Positions 42,570 to 56,800 of a stretch of 64,000 bases of DNA are shown here, in pieces (the first letter of the stretch is position 1; each line of letters starts with the position of its first letter). The notes under the pieces are model-generated. The model worked only from the letters and a program-made list of their open reading frames with translations, made no database searches and had not been told where the DNA came from. This DNA comes from an uncultured Candidatus Rokubacteria bacterium. GTDB lineage: Bacteria; Methylomirabilota; Methylomirabilia; Rokubacteriales; DASRDR01. A program made the position numbers and the translations under genes. The DNA lies in assembly GCA_963708025.1 (NCBI GenBank), contig CAVPSB010000013.1, positions 128,001-192,000 of the forward strand. Reading direction: 5' to 3'.

Positions 42570-44533
42570 GTGAACGAGAACGCTCGCGTTCCGATCCCCT
42601 TCGGGCGATCGCTGCCACAGCCGGCGCTGGAGTCCCGCTCCACCATCGGGCGGTGGCTGCTCGGCGTGAGCGAGCTCCACGCCAGGAGAAGCCGTGAGAC
42701 GCACTCGTGGCGGCGCGTGATCTGGCTCACAGGCGTCAACTACTTCTCCACCCTGGGCTACCAGCCCGGCATCGCGCTCCTGGCCGCCGGTGCTCTCGCG
42801 CCGCTCGCAACGTCCGTCCTCGTCCTCGTCACGCTGCTCGGCGCCCTCCCGATCTATATCCAGGTCGCCCGCCGCTCCTACGCTGGCCAGGGGTCGATCG
42901 CGATGCTGGAGAACCTGCTCCCCGGTTGGACTGGCAAGCTCCTCGTGCTGATCCTGCTTGGGTTCGCGGCCACGGACTTCGTCATCACCATGACGCTGTC
43001 GGCCGCGGACGCCGCCAAGCACGCGATCGAGAATCCGTATCTCCATCGGTTCCTCAGCGACGCGCAGGTCGGGGGCACGCTGGTGCTCCTCGCCCTACTC
43101 GCCGTGATGTTCCTGCTCGGCTTCCGAGAAGCGATCGGGGTGGCCACGGTCGTCGCCATCCCGTACCTGCTGCTGAGCCTGGTCGTGCTCGTGCGCGGCC
43201 TCGTCGAGATCGCCGCCCGGCCGGAGCTGTGGAGCGGCTGGCAGCACGCCCTCGAGGCCCGGGGCGAGTGGGGCACGATCGCCGCCGGCGCGCTGCTAGT
43301 GTTCCCGAAGCTCGCCCTCGGGATGAGCGGCTTCGAGACCGGCGTCTCGGTGATGCCCCTCATCGACGGCGGCGCGTCCGATGCACAGCCGCGGCGCGGG
43401 GCCCAGCCTCCTGTCGGCCGGATTCACAACACGTGCAAGCTGCTCGTCGCGGCGGCAGCGATCATGAGCGTGATGCTTGTGCTCTCGAGTGTGGTCACGA
43501 CACTCCTGATCGCGCCGGCTGACTACCGGGAAGGGGGACCGGCGAGCGGGCGCGCGCTCGCCCACCTCGCCCACGGGTTCTTCAGCCCCGGGTTCGCCTC
43601 GCTCTATGACCTCTCGACCATCCTGGTCCTCTGGCTGGCCGGCGCCTCGGCGATGGCGGGGCTGCTGAACCTGGTCCCGCGCTACCTGCCGAGGTTCGGC
43701 ATGGCGCCGGCGTGGGCGGCGCGAGCGCGCCCGCTCGTCCTCGTGCTCTTCGTCATCAATGTGCTGGTCACGCTGATCTTCCGGGCCAGCGTGGAGGCGC
43801 AGAGCGGCGCCTACGCCACCGGCGTGCTCGTGCTGATCCTGTCAGCGGCGCTGGCGGTGACGCTGGCCCTTTGGCGCGAGCATCGACACCGGGCCAGCGT
43901 CTATTTCGGCGCCATGACCCTCGTCTTCGCCTACACACTCGTCGATAACTGCGTGGAGCGGCCGGACGGGGTGATCATCGGGAGCGCGTTCATCCTCCTC
44001 GTCCTCGTGGTGAGCACGGTGAGCCGATCCGTCCGCGCCACGGAGATCCGAGTGTCCGAGGCCTACTTCCTAGACCAGGCTTCGGCGGAGCTCGGCCCGG
44101 CGCTGGTGGGTAAGCGGGTGCACATGGTCCCCATGAAGGCGAGGTCGCCGAAGGCCCGGCCGCCAAAGGCGCCGAGATCCGCCGGTACTATCGGATCGAC
44201 GAGCCGCTGATCTTCGTGCACGTGAACCTCCTCGACAACCGCAGCGAGTTCCTGGCACCGCTGGAGGTCGAGGCGTCGCGGGACGGGCGGGATCACTCAT
44301 CGAGGTGACGGGGCGATCGCCATCGCCAACACGATCGCTTACCGCGCGAGATGGTGGACCCGATCAGCATCTTCCTCAGCCGGACCCGCCAGGACCTGAC
44401 GCGGCAGGCGTTTCGGTTCCTGCTCTTCGGGGAGGGGGAGACCGGGCTGCTCGTCTACGCCATCCTCCTCCGCTACTGGCAGTGGACGACCGAGGACGAC
44501 GTGCGACCGCGGATCCACCTCCTGTCGGACTGA
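42570..44533 (+). CDS. APC-superfamily transporter (frameshifts in the C-terminal domain)
   Basis: WLTGVNYFSTLGYQPGIA; FPKLALGMSGFETGVSVMP; AYATGVL; the C-terminus ends RPRIHLLSD*. Confidence 0.85.
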
Positions 44534-44678
44534 AGGGACGGCCGTCGTGCGACCCTCGGGCGACGGGCCGATGGACGCTCTCAGCGCGGCCGCCTCGCGC
44601 CAGTCGGCTCCGCATTCTCGATCCTCTGTTAGATTAGTCTCGTAGCATACCGGCACGAAAGGGACGGCCCGCACCGCT

Positions 44679-45386
44679 ATGCTCAGCCGACGGCAGTTTA
44701 CTCGCGTGGTCTCGGCCGGCCTCGCCGGTGCGGTGGCGCCCGCGCTGCCCGCGGCCGCCACGGCACCCACCACGGCGGCGAGACGGTCCGACGTGCGGTT
44801 CGCCGTCATGCGGGGCCGTTCGAAGATCGGCGTGCACACCGTCGAGTTCCGCGACCGGCCGGACGGGCTCGCGGTCCACACGGTCATCGACCTCGCCGTC
44901 AAGGTCGTCTTCATCACCGTCTTCCGGTATCAGCACGAGTGCGAGGACGTCTGGGTGTCCGGGCAGCTCCGTTCCCTACGGAGTCGCACGAGCGAGGACG
45001 GCAAACGGTACGCCGTCGAGGCGACGGCGGAGCCGGACGGAATTCGAGTCGTCGGTCCGGGCGGCCCGCTCGTCGTCGGCTCCCGGCTGCTGGCGTCGAA
45101 CAGCCTCTGGAATCCCCTGCTGGTCCACCAGCAGCGCCTCATCGACGCGCAGTATGGCGGGGAGATCGGCCTCGTCGTCCACCGGCGCGGCACGGAGTCG
45201 CTCGTGCTCGCCGGCACGGAGCGGGTCGTCACCGACCGCTTCCAGATCCTCACGCCGCACTTCGGCGGTCTGCTCTGGTACGATGCCACGGGCCGTTGGG
45301 TCAAGGGCTCCCTCGAGCTCCGTGGGGAGTGGATCGACATGTCTTCGATCTCTAGAGCGCTCGCGGCGCCCGCGCCACGCTCGTGA
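44679..45386 (+). CDS. Tat-exported beta-rich protein (DUF6134-like)
   Basis: SRRQF Tat motif; IGVHTVEF...[11 protein letters not shown]...LWYDATGRW. Confidence 0.65.
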   Translation: MLSRRQFTRVVSAGLAGAVAPALPAAATAPTTAARRSDVRFAVMRGRSKIGVHTVEFRDRPDGLAVHTVIDLAVKVVFITVFRYQHECEDVWVSGQLRSLRSRTSEDGKRYAVEATAEPDGIRVVGPGGPLVVGSRLLASNSLWNPLLVHQQRLIDAQYGGEIGLVVHRRGTESLVLAGTERVVTDRFQILTPHFGGLLWYDATGRWVKGSLELRGEWIDMSSISRALAAPAPRS

Positions 45387-45577
45387 CCACGGCGGCCGCG
45401 CCGGACGATATCGTGTACGAAATCGCGCGCGCGGTTCTCGAGCGCTTCGACGACTTCATGCGGCTGCACGCCGCCTTCGCACCGCTCGACCCGCGCGAGA
45501 TGGTCCGCGCCGGGAACCGGGCGCCGCTCCACCCCGGTGCGGAGCGCTACTATCGGGAGCGGGGCTCGCTGCCCTGA
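45383..45577 (+). pseudogene. C-terminal remnant of a TAXI-type TRAP solute receptor
   Basis: [11 protein letters not shown]...LHAAF...[15 protein letters not shown]. Confidence 0.75.
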
Positions 45578-45627
45578 ATGAGTCCCATCCGCGCCCGAGC
45601 CCTGACGGCTCGGAGGAGGTGACGGCC

Positions 45628-47381
45628 ATGGCCGGAAACCAGTCCGCCCAGCGCTGGGTCAACGAGGTCGCGCGGATGTGCCGCCCCGACGAGGTCGTCT
45701 GGTGCGACGGCTCCGAGGCCGAGCACGCGCGCCTGCTCGAGACCGCGGTGCGCGTGGGGGACCTGATTCCCCTCGACCAGCGGGCCCTGCCCGGCTGCTA
45801 CCTCCACCGGAGCGCGCCGAACGACGTCGCGCGGACCGAGCACCTGACGTTCATCTGCTCCCGCGAGCAGGCCGACGCCGGCCCGACCAACAACTGGATG
45901 GCGCCGGGCGAGGCCTATGACCGCCTCTCCAGGATCTTCGCGGACTCGATGCAGGGGCGGACGATGTACGTCATCCCGTTCCTGATGGGGCCACCCGGCT
46001 CGCCCTTCAGCAAGGTCGGGATCGAGCTCACCGACAGCGTCTACGTCGTGCTCAACATGCGGATCATGACCCGGATGGGGAAGGCCGCCCTCGAGCACCT
46101 CGGCGATTCGGACGACTTCACGCGCGGCCTGCACGGCAAGGCCGACCTCAACCTCGACCGCCGATTCATCTGCCACTTTCCCCAGGACAACACGATCTGG
46201 AGCGTGGGCTCGGGCTACGGCGGGAACGCCCTGCTCTCGAAGAAGTGCCTGGCGCTGCGCATCGCCAGCCGGCTCGGCTCCCAGGAGGGCTGGCTCGCCG
46301 AGCACATGCTGATCGTCGGCGTCGAGAGCCCCGACGGCGAGATCCACTACGTGTGCGGGGCGTTCCCGAGCGCCTGCGGCAAGACCAACCTCGCCATGCT
46401 GGTCCCGCCCGGGTCGATGCCAGGCTGGAAGGTCCACACCGTGGGCGACGACATCGCCTGGTTGCGGGTCGGGCCGGACGGCCGGCTGTGGGCGGTCAAC
46501 CCGGAGACGGGGTTCTTCGGCGTCGTGCCCGGCACCAACTCGAAGACCAATGCGAACGCGATGGAGATGATCCGGCGCAACACCATCTACACCAACGTCG
46601 CGCTCCGACCCGACGGCACGGTCTGGTGGGAGGGGCACGACGATGCGTCCCCGCCCGAGGCGATCGATTGGCACGGCCGGCCGTGGACGCCGGCGAGCAG
46701 CGAGCCCGCGGCCCATCCGAACAGCCGCTTCACGGTCCCCGCCAGCCAGTGCCCCTCGATCTCGCCCGAGTGGCAGAACCCGCAGGGCGTGCCGATCAGC
46801 GCCATCCTCTTCGGCGGGCGACGGCAGAAGCTGGTGCCGCTGGTCTTCGAGGCCTTCGACTGGCAGCACGGCACGTTTCTCGGCGCCACCCTCGCCTCGG
46901 AGACCACGGCGGCGGCCACCGGCGCGGTCGGCGTGGTCCGGCGCGATCCGATGGCGATGCTCCCGTTCTGCGGCTACAACATGGGCGACTACTGGGGGAA
47001 CTGGCTCTCGATCGGCACGCGGCTGACCCAGCCGCCGAAGATCTTCCGCGTGAACTGGTTCCGGCGGGATGGGCGCGGCCGATTCCTCTGGCCCGGCTTC
47101 GGCGAGAACTTGCGCGTCCTGGAGTGGGTCATCGAGCGCTGCAGGGCGTTGGCCGCGCGGAGGAGACGCCGATCGGCTATCTGCCGACCAAGGCCGCGCT
47201 CGACCGCCGGGGGCTCGACGTCTCCGAGGAGGCGCTCGCCGAGCTGCTGGCCGTGGACCGGGACGGCTGGCGCGCCAACCTCCGGAGCCAGGGCGAGTTC
47301 TTCGCGAAGTTCGGGGACCGCCTCCCCGCCGGGATTCGGCACGAGCACGACCGGCTCGCCCGCCGGCTCCGCGCCCGCTGA
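45628..47381 (+). CDS. pckG: Phosphoenolpyruvate carboxykinase (GTP); one frameshift near 47145
   Basis: [51 protein letters not shown]. Confidence 0.95.
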
Positions 47382-47439
47382 CCGTCGGGTCGCACGCGAC
47401 TAGGCTAGGCTGCGATCTCCTGACCGAGGAGCCTGATCC

Positions 47440-49300
<1,861 letters not shown>

Positions 49301-49409
49301 AGCGGACGCTCACGACGACAATCACCCGGGAGAGCGGGTCACCTGGCGGGCGAGCCTCCGGCTCACCGCGATCGCGAGGTCGGCCCGCTCGGGATCTGTC
49401 GCTCAGCGC

Positions 49410-49447
49410 TTGACCAGGTGGTCATGGTGTACTATCTTATTCATACA
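49410..49447 (+). promoter_or_regulatory. Sigma70 promoter with overlapping GntR operator (site 4)
   Basis: TTGACC-N17-TATCTT; operator TGTACTATCTTATTCATACA (49428-49447) ends 2 nt before the ATG. Confidence 0.85.
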
Positions 49448-49449
49448 GT

Positions 49450-50535
49450 ATGAAGATTCCGATGCGCCTGCAAGTCGATGCGCACAGCCCGATCCCGATC
49501 CGCCGGCAACTGACGGAACAACTCAAACACCTCATCGAGGGCGGCGGCGTCCCGCCGGACCAGGCGCTGCCCAGCATCCGGGAGCTCGCCGGCTTCCTCG
49601 GCATCAATCCGAATACGGTCGCGCGCGTCGTCGAGGATCTGAAGCAGAGCGGCTATGTGGAGGCGCGGCGAGGCAAGGGCGTGTTCGTCGCGCCGGCGCC
49701 TCCCGCCCGCCCGGCTCCGATCCTCCGCGAACGCTTTCTGCGGGACATGGTGATCCGGGCGGCGGCCCTCGGGATGACCGCTGACGACCTCGCGGTGGGC
49801 GTCCTGAGTCTGACCGGGGTTCGGCCCCCGGCCGTCCGGAGGGGGATCGAGATCCTGTTGGTGGAATGCAGTCCGCCGGAGCTCGACTTCTTTGCCCGGG
49901 AACTGGAGTCCCACATCCCGGTCCACGTGGATAAGGTACTCCTCGGTGACCTGGCGACCGCAGTGCGGCGCCAGAAGCAAGCCGGTCGCTGGGGGGCGGC
50001 GGTCACGAGCTTCTTCCATCTCCCGGAGGTGGAGCGCCGCCTGGGCGGCCTGGAGATCCCGGTGATCGCGCTCCTCGCCGAGGTCCATCTCGAGACCCTC
50101 CACCACCTGGCCCAGTTTCCATCCGGGACCCGGGTGGGCGTGGCCTCCGCTCACGTCGAGACCGCCCACAACCTGGAGCACTCGATCGCCAACGCCGGGC
50201 TGCCGAACATCGCACTGGTGGGGACGTCTCCCGCCGAGGGGGCCAGTTTGGAGCGCCTGGTGCGGCGAGTGGACGTCATGGTTTGCTCCACCGCCGCCGC
50301 GGATCGAGTCCGGCAGCTGGCTGGCTCGGCCGTGCAGGTGCTCATCGACGACCGGGCACTCGATCCGCGGGCCATCCAGATGCTCGCGGCCCTCATGGTG
50401 CAGCAAGACGGCGATAAGCCGGACAACCCTCCCGCGCCCCGTCCGAAGGCAGCTGGGCTGTCGGTCCGCTCCGGGCGCCCCGCCCGGGGCGCCACGCGGA
50501 AGACCGCGGGAGCACGTCATGCGGAGAAGCCGTAA
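49450..50535 (+). CDS. GntR-family regulator (YtrA-type HTH with PlmA-like C-terminal region), paralog 2
   Basis: Colinear and highly similar to 37273-38352 except for the tails. Confidence 0.92.
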   Translation: MKIPMRLQVDAHSPIPIRRQLTEQLKHLIEGGGVPPDQALPSIRELAGFLGINPNTVARVVEDLKQSGYVEARRGKGVFVAPAPPARPAPILRERFLRDMVIRAAALGMTADDLAVGVLSLTGVRPPAVRRGIEILLVECSPPELDFFARELESHIPVHVDKVLLGDLATAVRRQKQAGRWGAAVTSFFHLPEVERRLGGLEIPVIALLAEVHLETLHHLAQFPSGTRVGVASAHVETAHNLEHSIANAGLPNIALVGTSPAEGASLERLVRRVDVMVCSTAAADRVRQLAGSAVQVLIDDRALDPRAIQMLAALMVQQDGDKPDNPPAPRPKAAGLSVRSGRPARGATRKTAGARHAEKP

Positions 50536-50833
50536 GCCGGTGGGAAACGGTGGCAGCGGAAGGCGAACGAGCAGCGCATCCGAGAACGGACGGCCTGGGC
50601 GATAGCTCCTGACTCCGCGTCTCCCTGGATCGCGCCTCACGCGACGTCCGCGACCAAGTAGCCAGCGAGGGCTCCGGGATCGATGCTGGTCGGCCCTGAA
50701 GTCACGTGAGGCATTTCGAAGCTCCAGGGATGATTCGCCGAGGCCACCGATGAGTCCCCCACCGTTGGACAAACCCTCCGAAGGGTCCCCCCTCGCCGCT
50801 CGCCCATCCGCGCCCAGCGGACAGGCCGCCGAC

Positions 50834-53800
50834 ATGCCGGGACTGAGAGCCAGGGCACTGTTCCGAGACTTGGGGTCGCGCGCGTTCTCGTCGGGATCGC
50901 TGCCTGACTCGCCAGGACCCAATCAGGGCGGAGCTCTTCAGCGCCGAGACGTCTCGAACAGCATGCGGAAAGCGTCGCCGCGCAGCGTGTCCACGCCGAG
51001 GGTGGGAGCGGACGCCCCCTCTCGCCGCGCGTGCGAGACAGCGGGCGCGTGCTGCTCCGATGCTATCGCGAGCTCGCCGCCGTGATCCGAGAGGAAGGCG
51101 CGATCACCCCGGCCGCGGAGTGGTTCGTCGACAACTTCCACATCGTGGAGGACGTCCTTCGAGAGGTCCGGGAGGATCTTCCTCCGGGATTCTACCGCCG
51201 GCTGCCAAAGCTCGCGGAGGGACCCCTCGAGGGCTACCCGCGGGTGCTCGGCCTGGCCTGGCCCTTCGTCGCCCACAGCGACAGCCGCTTCGAGCCCGAG
51301 ACCCTCCAGCGCTTCGTCCAGCGATTCCAGCGCGTCCAGGCGCTGACCATCGGCGAGCTGTGGGCCGTCCCGATCGCCCTGCGTCTGGTGCTCCTGGAGA
51401 ACCTCCGGCGCCTGGCCGAGCAGATCGTCAACGGCCGCGCTGCGCGCCGGGACGGCGGACGCGCTCGCGAACGAATTGCTCGGGCTCGGAGGGGAGCCGG
51501 CGCGCCGTCTGGCCTTTCGGCGGCTCGAGGCCGCTGCCCTGCCGATGGCCTTCACCGTGCAGCTCGTCCAGCGCCTGCGGGAGCAGGATCCCGAGTCGAC
51601 ACCGGCGCTCGCATGGCTCAGCGAACAGCTGTCCGGCCTGGGCACGTCGCCCGACGAGCTCGTGCGTCAGGAGCATCAGCGCCAGGCGGCGATGAACGTG
51701 ACGGTCCGCAACGTGATTACCAGCATGCGGACGATGTCGACGTTCGACTGGGCGGAGTTCTTCGAAAGCGTCAGTCTGGTCGATGCCGCGCTGCGCGCCG
51801 GGAGCGACTTCGGCGCGATGGACTTCAAGACGCGCGACCGATACCGTCACGCGATCGAGGACCTCGCTCGAGGTTCCCGGCGGACGGACATCGACGTCGC
51901 CCAGGAGGCGATCGCTCGAGCGAACGCGCGCCGCGTCGGAGCGGGAGCCGGCGGGCACCTCCGGCGGATCCCGGGTCGAGGATCCTGGCTACTACCTGAT
52001 CTCGAAGGGGCGCCGCGGCTTCGAACGGGAGATCGGCTACCGGGTCCCCGTCACGCAGTGGCTGCTGCGAGCCTACGTGGGCGGAGCCACGCCGGGCTAC
52101 CTGGGCACCATCGGCGTCATCGCGGGGTTGCTCGTGGTGGTTCCCTCTCGTCGCCACGCATGCCGCGGGCGTGAGCCCGCGTTGTGCTCGTTCTTCTCGG
52201 ACTCGCCGCCTTGATTCCGGCATCCGATCTCGCCGTCGCGCTCATCAATCGCTTCGTCACGGAGCTGCTCGGCCCCCGAGCGCTGCCGCGCCTCGAGCTC
52301 GCCGAGGGCATCCCGCCGACCCTGCGAACCCTCGTGGTGATGCCGACCTTGCTGGTGAGCGACGCCGAGATCGAGGAGCAGGTCAATCGCCTGGAGCTCC
52401 ACTATCTGGCGAATCTGGAGGGCGCCATCCACTTCGCTCTCCTCTCTGACTGGATCGACGCGCCGACGGAAACCATGCCGGCTGATGATCGGCTCCTCGA
52501 GGCCGCGATCGAGAGGATCGCCCGGCTCAACCGGCGCCATGGTCCCGCTCCCGACGCGGGGGCCCGATTCCTCTTGCTCCACCGCCGCCGGGTCTGGAAT
52601 GCCAGCGAGGGCCAGTGGATGGGATGGGAGCGCAAGCGCGGCAAGCTGCAGGAGCTCAACCAGTTGCTCCTGGGGCACGACGGCACGACGTTCATGGGGT
52701 CCCGGCTGGACGTGCCGCCTACGGTCCGATACGTGATCACCCTCGACGCGGACACGCGCCTGCCTCGAGGCGCCGCCATCCGCCTCGTCGGGACGATGGC
52801 CCATCCGCTCAACCGGCCTGTCTTCGATGCGCGCGTGGGCCGGGTCGTCGAGGGCTACGCGGTCCTTCAGCCGCGTGTCACTCCCACGATGCCCACCGAT
52901 CGCGACACGTCACTCTTCCAGCGGCTCACCGCCGGGCCGGCGGGGATCGATCCCTATGCGGCGGCGACCTCCGATGTCTACCAGGATCTCTTTGGAGGCG
53001 GCTCATACACCGGCAAGGGCATCTATGACGTCGAGGCATTTGCCGGGGCGCTGGAGGGTCGCGTACCCGAGAATGCGCTCCTCAGCCACGATCTGTTCGA
53101 GGGGATCTTCGCGCGGACGGGACTGGTCACCGACATCGAGCTCTTCGAGGAGTTCCCGACGGACTACGAGGTCGCTGCCGCCCGGCAGCATCGATGGGCG
53201 CGCGGCGACTGGCAACTGCTGCCCTGGATCGTCCGGGGGGCCGCCGGGGCCGGGACGCATCGAAGCTCCATCCCGCCGATCGATCAGTGGAAGATGGTGG
53301 ACAATCTCCGGCGCACTCTGTCGGCTCCGGCCGCGTGGCTGACGCTCGCCGCCGGCTGGACGCTTCCCCACCGCCTGCCGCTCGTGTGGACGACGTTCGT
53401 CCTCGCCACGATCGCAGTACCCGCCCTCCTGCCCGCGTTCGCCGAGGCGATCCCGAGGCGAGCGGGAATCTCCAAGCGGACCCACGTCCGCGCGGTCGGG
53501 CGGAGCTTCGCGCTGGCGGCCTCCCAGATTGCGCTGTGGATCACGTTCATGGCGCATCAGGCGTGGCTGATGGGCGACGCGATCGGGCGGACCCTGATCC
53601 GCGTGTATGGGACCCATCGACGGTTGCTCGAATGGATGACGGCCGCGCAGGCCAAGGCGGGACTGTCCCTCACGCTGGCCGGCGCCTATCGACGGATGCG
53701 TGGGGCGCTGATCCTGGCCGTCGTGGCCGGGATGTCGGTCGTCGCTCGTTCGGCCAGGCAGCTGGCCGATCGCCGTGCCGTTCCTCTTGCTGTGGGCCCT

Positions 53801-56800
53801 CTCGCCGCTCATCGCGCGATGGGTCAGCCGGCCCCCGCGCGTCGATCCGACGCAGGGGCTGTCGGCGTCGGATGCGAGGCTCCTCCGCTCGACCGCACGC
53901 CGCACGTGGCGGTTCTTCGAGGCGTTCGTCGGTCCCGGCGATACGTTCCTGCCGCCTGACAACTTCCAGGAGGACCCGGCGCCGGTCCTCGCCCACCGCA
54001 CGTCGCCGACCAACATCGGGCTGTACCTCGGGGCGATCGTCGCCGCCCGCGATCTCGGCTGGCTCGGGATGCTGGAGACCGTCGACCGGCTCGAGGCGAC
54101 GCTCGCGACGATGGGCCGGCTCGAGCGCTTTCGGGGCCACTTCTACAACTGGTATGAGACGACCGACCTTCGCCCGCTGGAGCCCCGCTACGTGTCCACG
54201 GTGGATAGCGGGAATCTGGCGAGCCAGCTCCTCGTTCTCGGGAATGCCTGTCGCGGGGCGCTCGAGCGCCCGCTACTCGATCGCGAAGCCTTCGCCGGAA
54301 TCGAGGACGCGGTATTGCTCGTGCGCGAGGCGGCGAGTGCCCTCGTGGATGACCGGCGCACGCAAACGGTCACGGCTCGGCCATCTGGACCAAGCCTGCG
54401 AGGCTCTGGTCATGACGCTTCGCGACCCACCCCGAACGGCGGCCGACTGGGTCGTCCGCTTGGGTCAGCTCGCCGGCCAGGCCGATGCCCTGGTGGACAT
54501 CGCACGCACGTTGACGGCGGAGCGCGGCGATGGCGAGGACTCGGACGTCCTCGTCTGGGCGCAGGCGACGCGCGCCACCATCGCGAGCCACCGGCGCGAC
54601 CTCGACCGGCTGATGCCGTGGGCATCCCACCTCGAGGCCGTCGTCGCCGATCTCTCCCCGCGTCCCGCGAGGCCGCGATCGCGAGCCGGGCCCTCTGTTC
54701 CTCGTTTCCCACCCTGGCCGCCCTGGCCGACCTCTGCGAGAGTGCGGTCAGCGAGCTCACGGCCATGCTCGACGGCCGCCCGCGCGCCGGGTCCGTCGCG
54801 TGGGGGTCGAGTCGAGCACGTCCACGAGCTCATCGGACAGCTGGAGGGCGCCGCCGTGGCGTCACGAGCGCTCGTCGAGCGCCTCTCCGCCATCGCCCGC
54901 GTCACGAAGCAGCTCTTCGATGCGATGGACTTTGGCTTCCTCTTCCACTCTGCGCGCAAGATCTTCTCGATCGGCTATCGCGTCACGGAGGGGAGTCTCG
55001 ATCCGAGCGCGTACGATCTCCTCGCCTCCGAAGCGCGGCTCGCGAGCTTCATCGCGATTGCCAACGGCGCGGCGCCCACGTCGCACTGGTTCCACCTGGG
55101 TCGCCCGATGACGCCCGTCGGGCTCGGGGCGGCGCTGGTGTCCTGGTCCGGCTCGATGTTCGAGTACCTGATGCCCGCGCTCGTCATGCAGGCGCCGCCG
55201 GGAAGCTTGCTCCAGCGGACGTATCGCCTCGTCGTCCAGCGTCAGATTGGGTACGGGGCGGAGCACGGGATTCCCTGGGGCATCTCCGAATCGGCGTACA
55301 ACGTGCGCGATCTCGACCTGACCTACCAGTATTCGAACTTCGGGGTTCCGGGTCTGGGTCTCGAGCGGGGCCTCAGCGAGGACTTGGTCGTCGCGCCCTA
55401 CGCGACCGCCCTGGCCGCCATGATCGACCCGGGTGCCGCCGCTCGCAACTTCACGCGCCTCATCGCGGTGGGCGGGAGGGGATTCTACGGCTTCTACGAG
55501 GCGCTGGACTACACGCCGTCCCGGCTCCCGGCGGGGACGACCGTGGCGATCGTTCGCGCCTACATGGCGCACCATCAGGGCATGACCCTCATCGCGCTGG
55601 CGAACGTGCTCCGAGATGGGGTGATGCGCGCGCGATTCCACGGCGAGCCCATCATCCAGGCGACCGAGCTTCTCTTGCAGGAGCGCGTGCCCCGGGACGT
55701 GGCGGTGGCGAGACCGCGGGCGGAAGAGGTGCAGGCGCCGGCCCATGTGCGGGAGTTCGTGGAGCCGTCCTTCCGGCAGTTCACGTCTCCGCACGACCCG
55801 ACGCCGCGGACGCACCTGCTCTCCAACGGCCGGTACACGGTGATGCTGACGACCGCGGGGTCGGGCTACAGCCGGTGCGCGGAGCTCGCCGTCACCCGAT
55901 GGCGGGAGGACGTCACCCGGGATCACTGGGGGACCTATCTCTTCCTGCGGGATGTCCAGAGCGGGGCGGTCTGGTCGGCGGGGTATCAGCCCACCGGCGT
56001 CGAGCCGGACGACTATCGCGTGACCTTCGCGGAGGACCGGGCCGAGTTGTATCGGCGCGATGGCGCCATCACGACCACGCTCGAGGTGCTGGTCTCGCCG
56101 GAGGACGACGCCGAGCTGCGGCGGGTGTCCGTCACGAACCTGGGGGGGCAGACGCGAGAGATCGAGCTGACCTCCTACGCCGAGCTCGTGCTGGCTCCGC
56201 CGGCGGCGGATACCGCGCACCAGGCCTTTTCCAGCCTCTTCGTCCAGACGGAATGGGTAGCCGATCTCGGGGCCCTGCTGGCGACCCGCCGTGGCCGGTC
56301 GGCGACGGAGCCGGCGATCTGGGCGGCCCACATCGTCGTCGTCGAAGGCCAGTCCGGTGGAGGGACTCAGTACGAGACCGACCGCGGGCGGTTCCTCGGC
56401 CGGGGTCGCGGGGTCCGCACCCCGATGTCGGTCATCGACGGGAGGCCCCTCTCGAACACGACCGGCTCGGTGCTCGATCCAATCTTCAGCCTCAGACGGC
56501 GAGTCCGTCTCGCGCCGGGAGAGAGCGCACGCCTGATCTTCTCCACGCTCGTCGGCCCGTCGCGCGAAGCCGCCGTGGCGCTCGCCGACAAGTATCGCGA
56601 CCCCGCGACGTTCGAGCGGACGGTCACGCTGGCCTGGACGCGGGCGCAGGTCCAGCTCAACCATCTCGGGGTTCGCGCGGACGAGGCCCGCCTGTTCCAG
56701 GATCTTGCGGGCCGGATTCTCTACGCGGACGCGACGCTTCGGCCCGCAGCGGATGGTGCTGCGGCAGAATGCGTCCGGGCCTGCGGCCCTGTGGGCCCAC

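Noticed and set aside
42400-42570. c-di-AMP (ydaO) riboswitch upstream of the APC transporter
   Set aside because: Only a GCGGGGAACC-like stretch is present; the GGGTGAA and CCCGTCAGCTAAC elements are missing.
44628-44650. AT-rich patch before the Tat protein gene as another operator
   Set aside because: It lacks the GTA...TAC arms at the correct spacing and is probably just a promoter.
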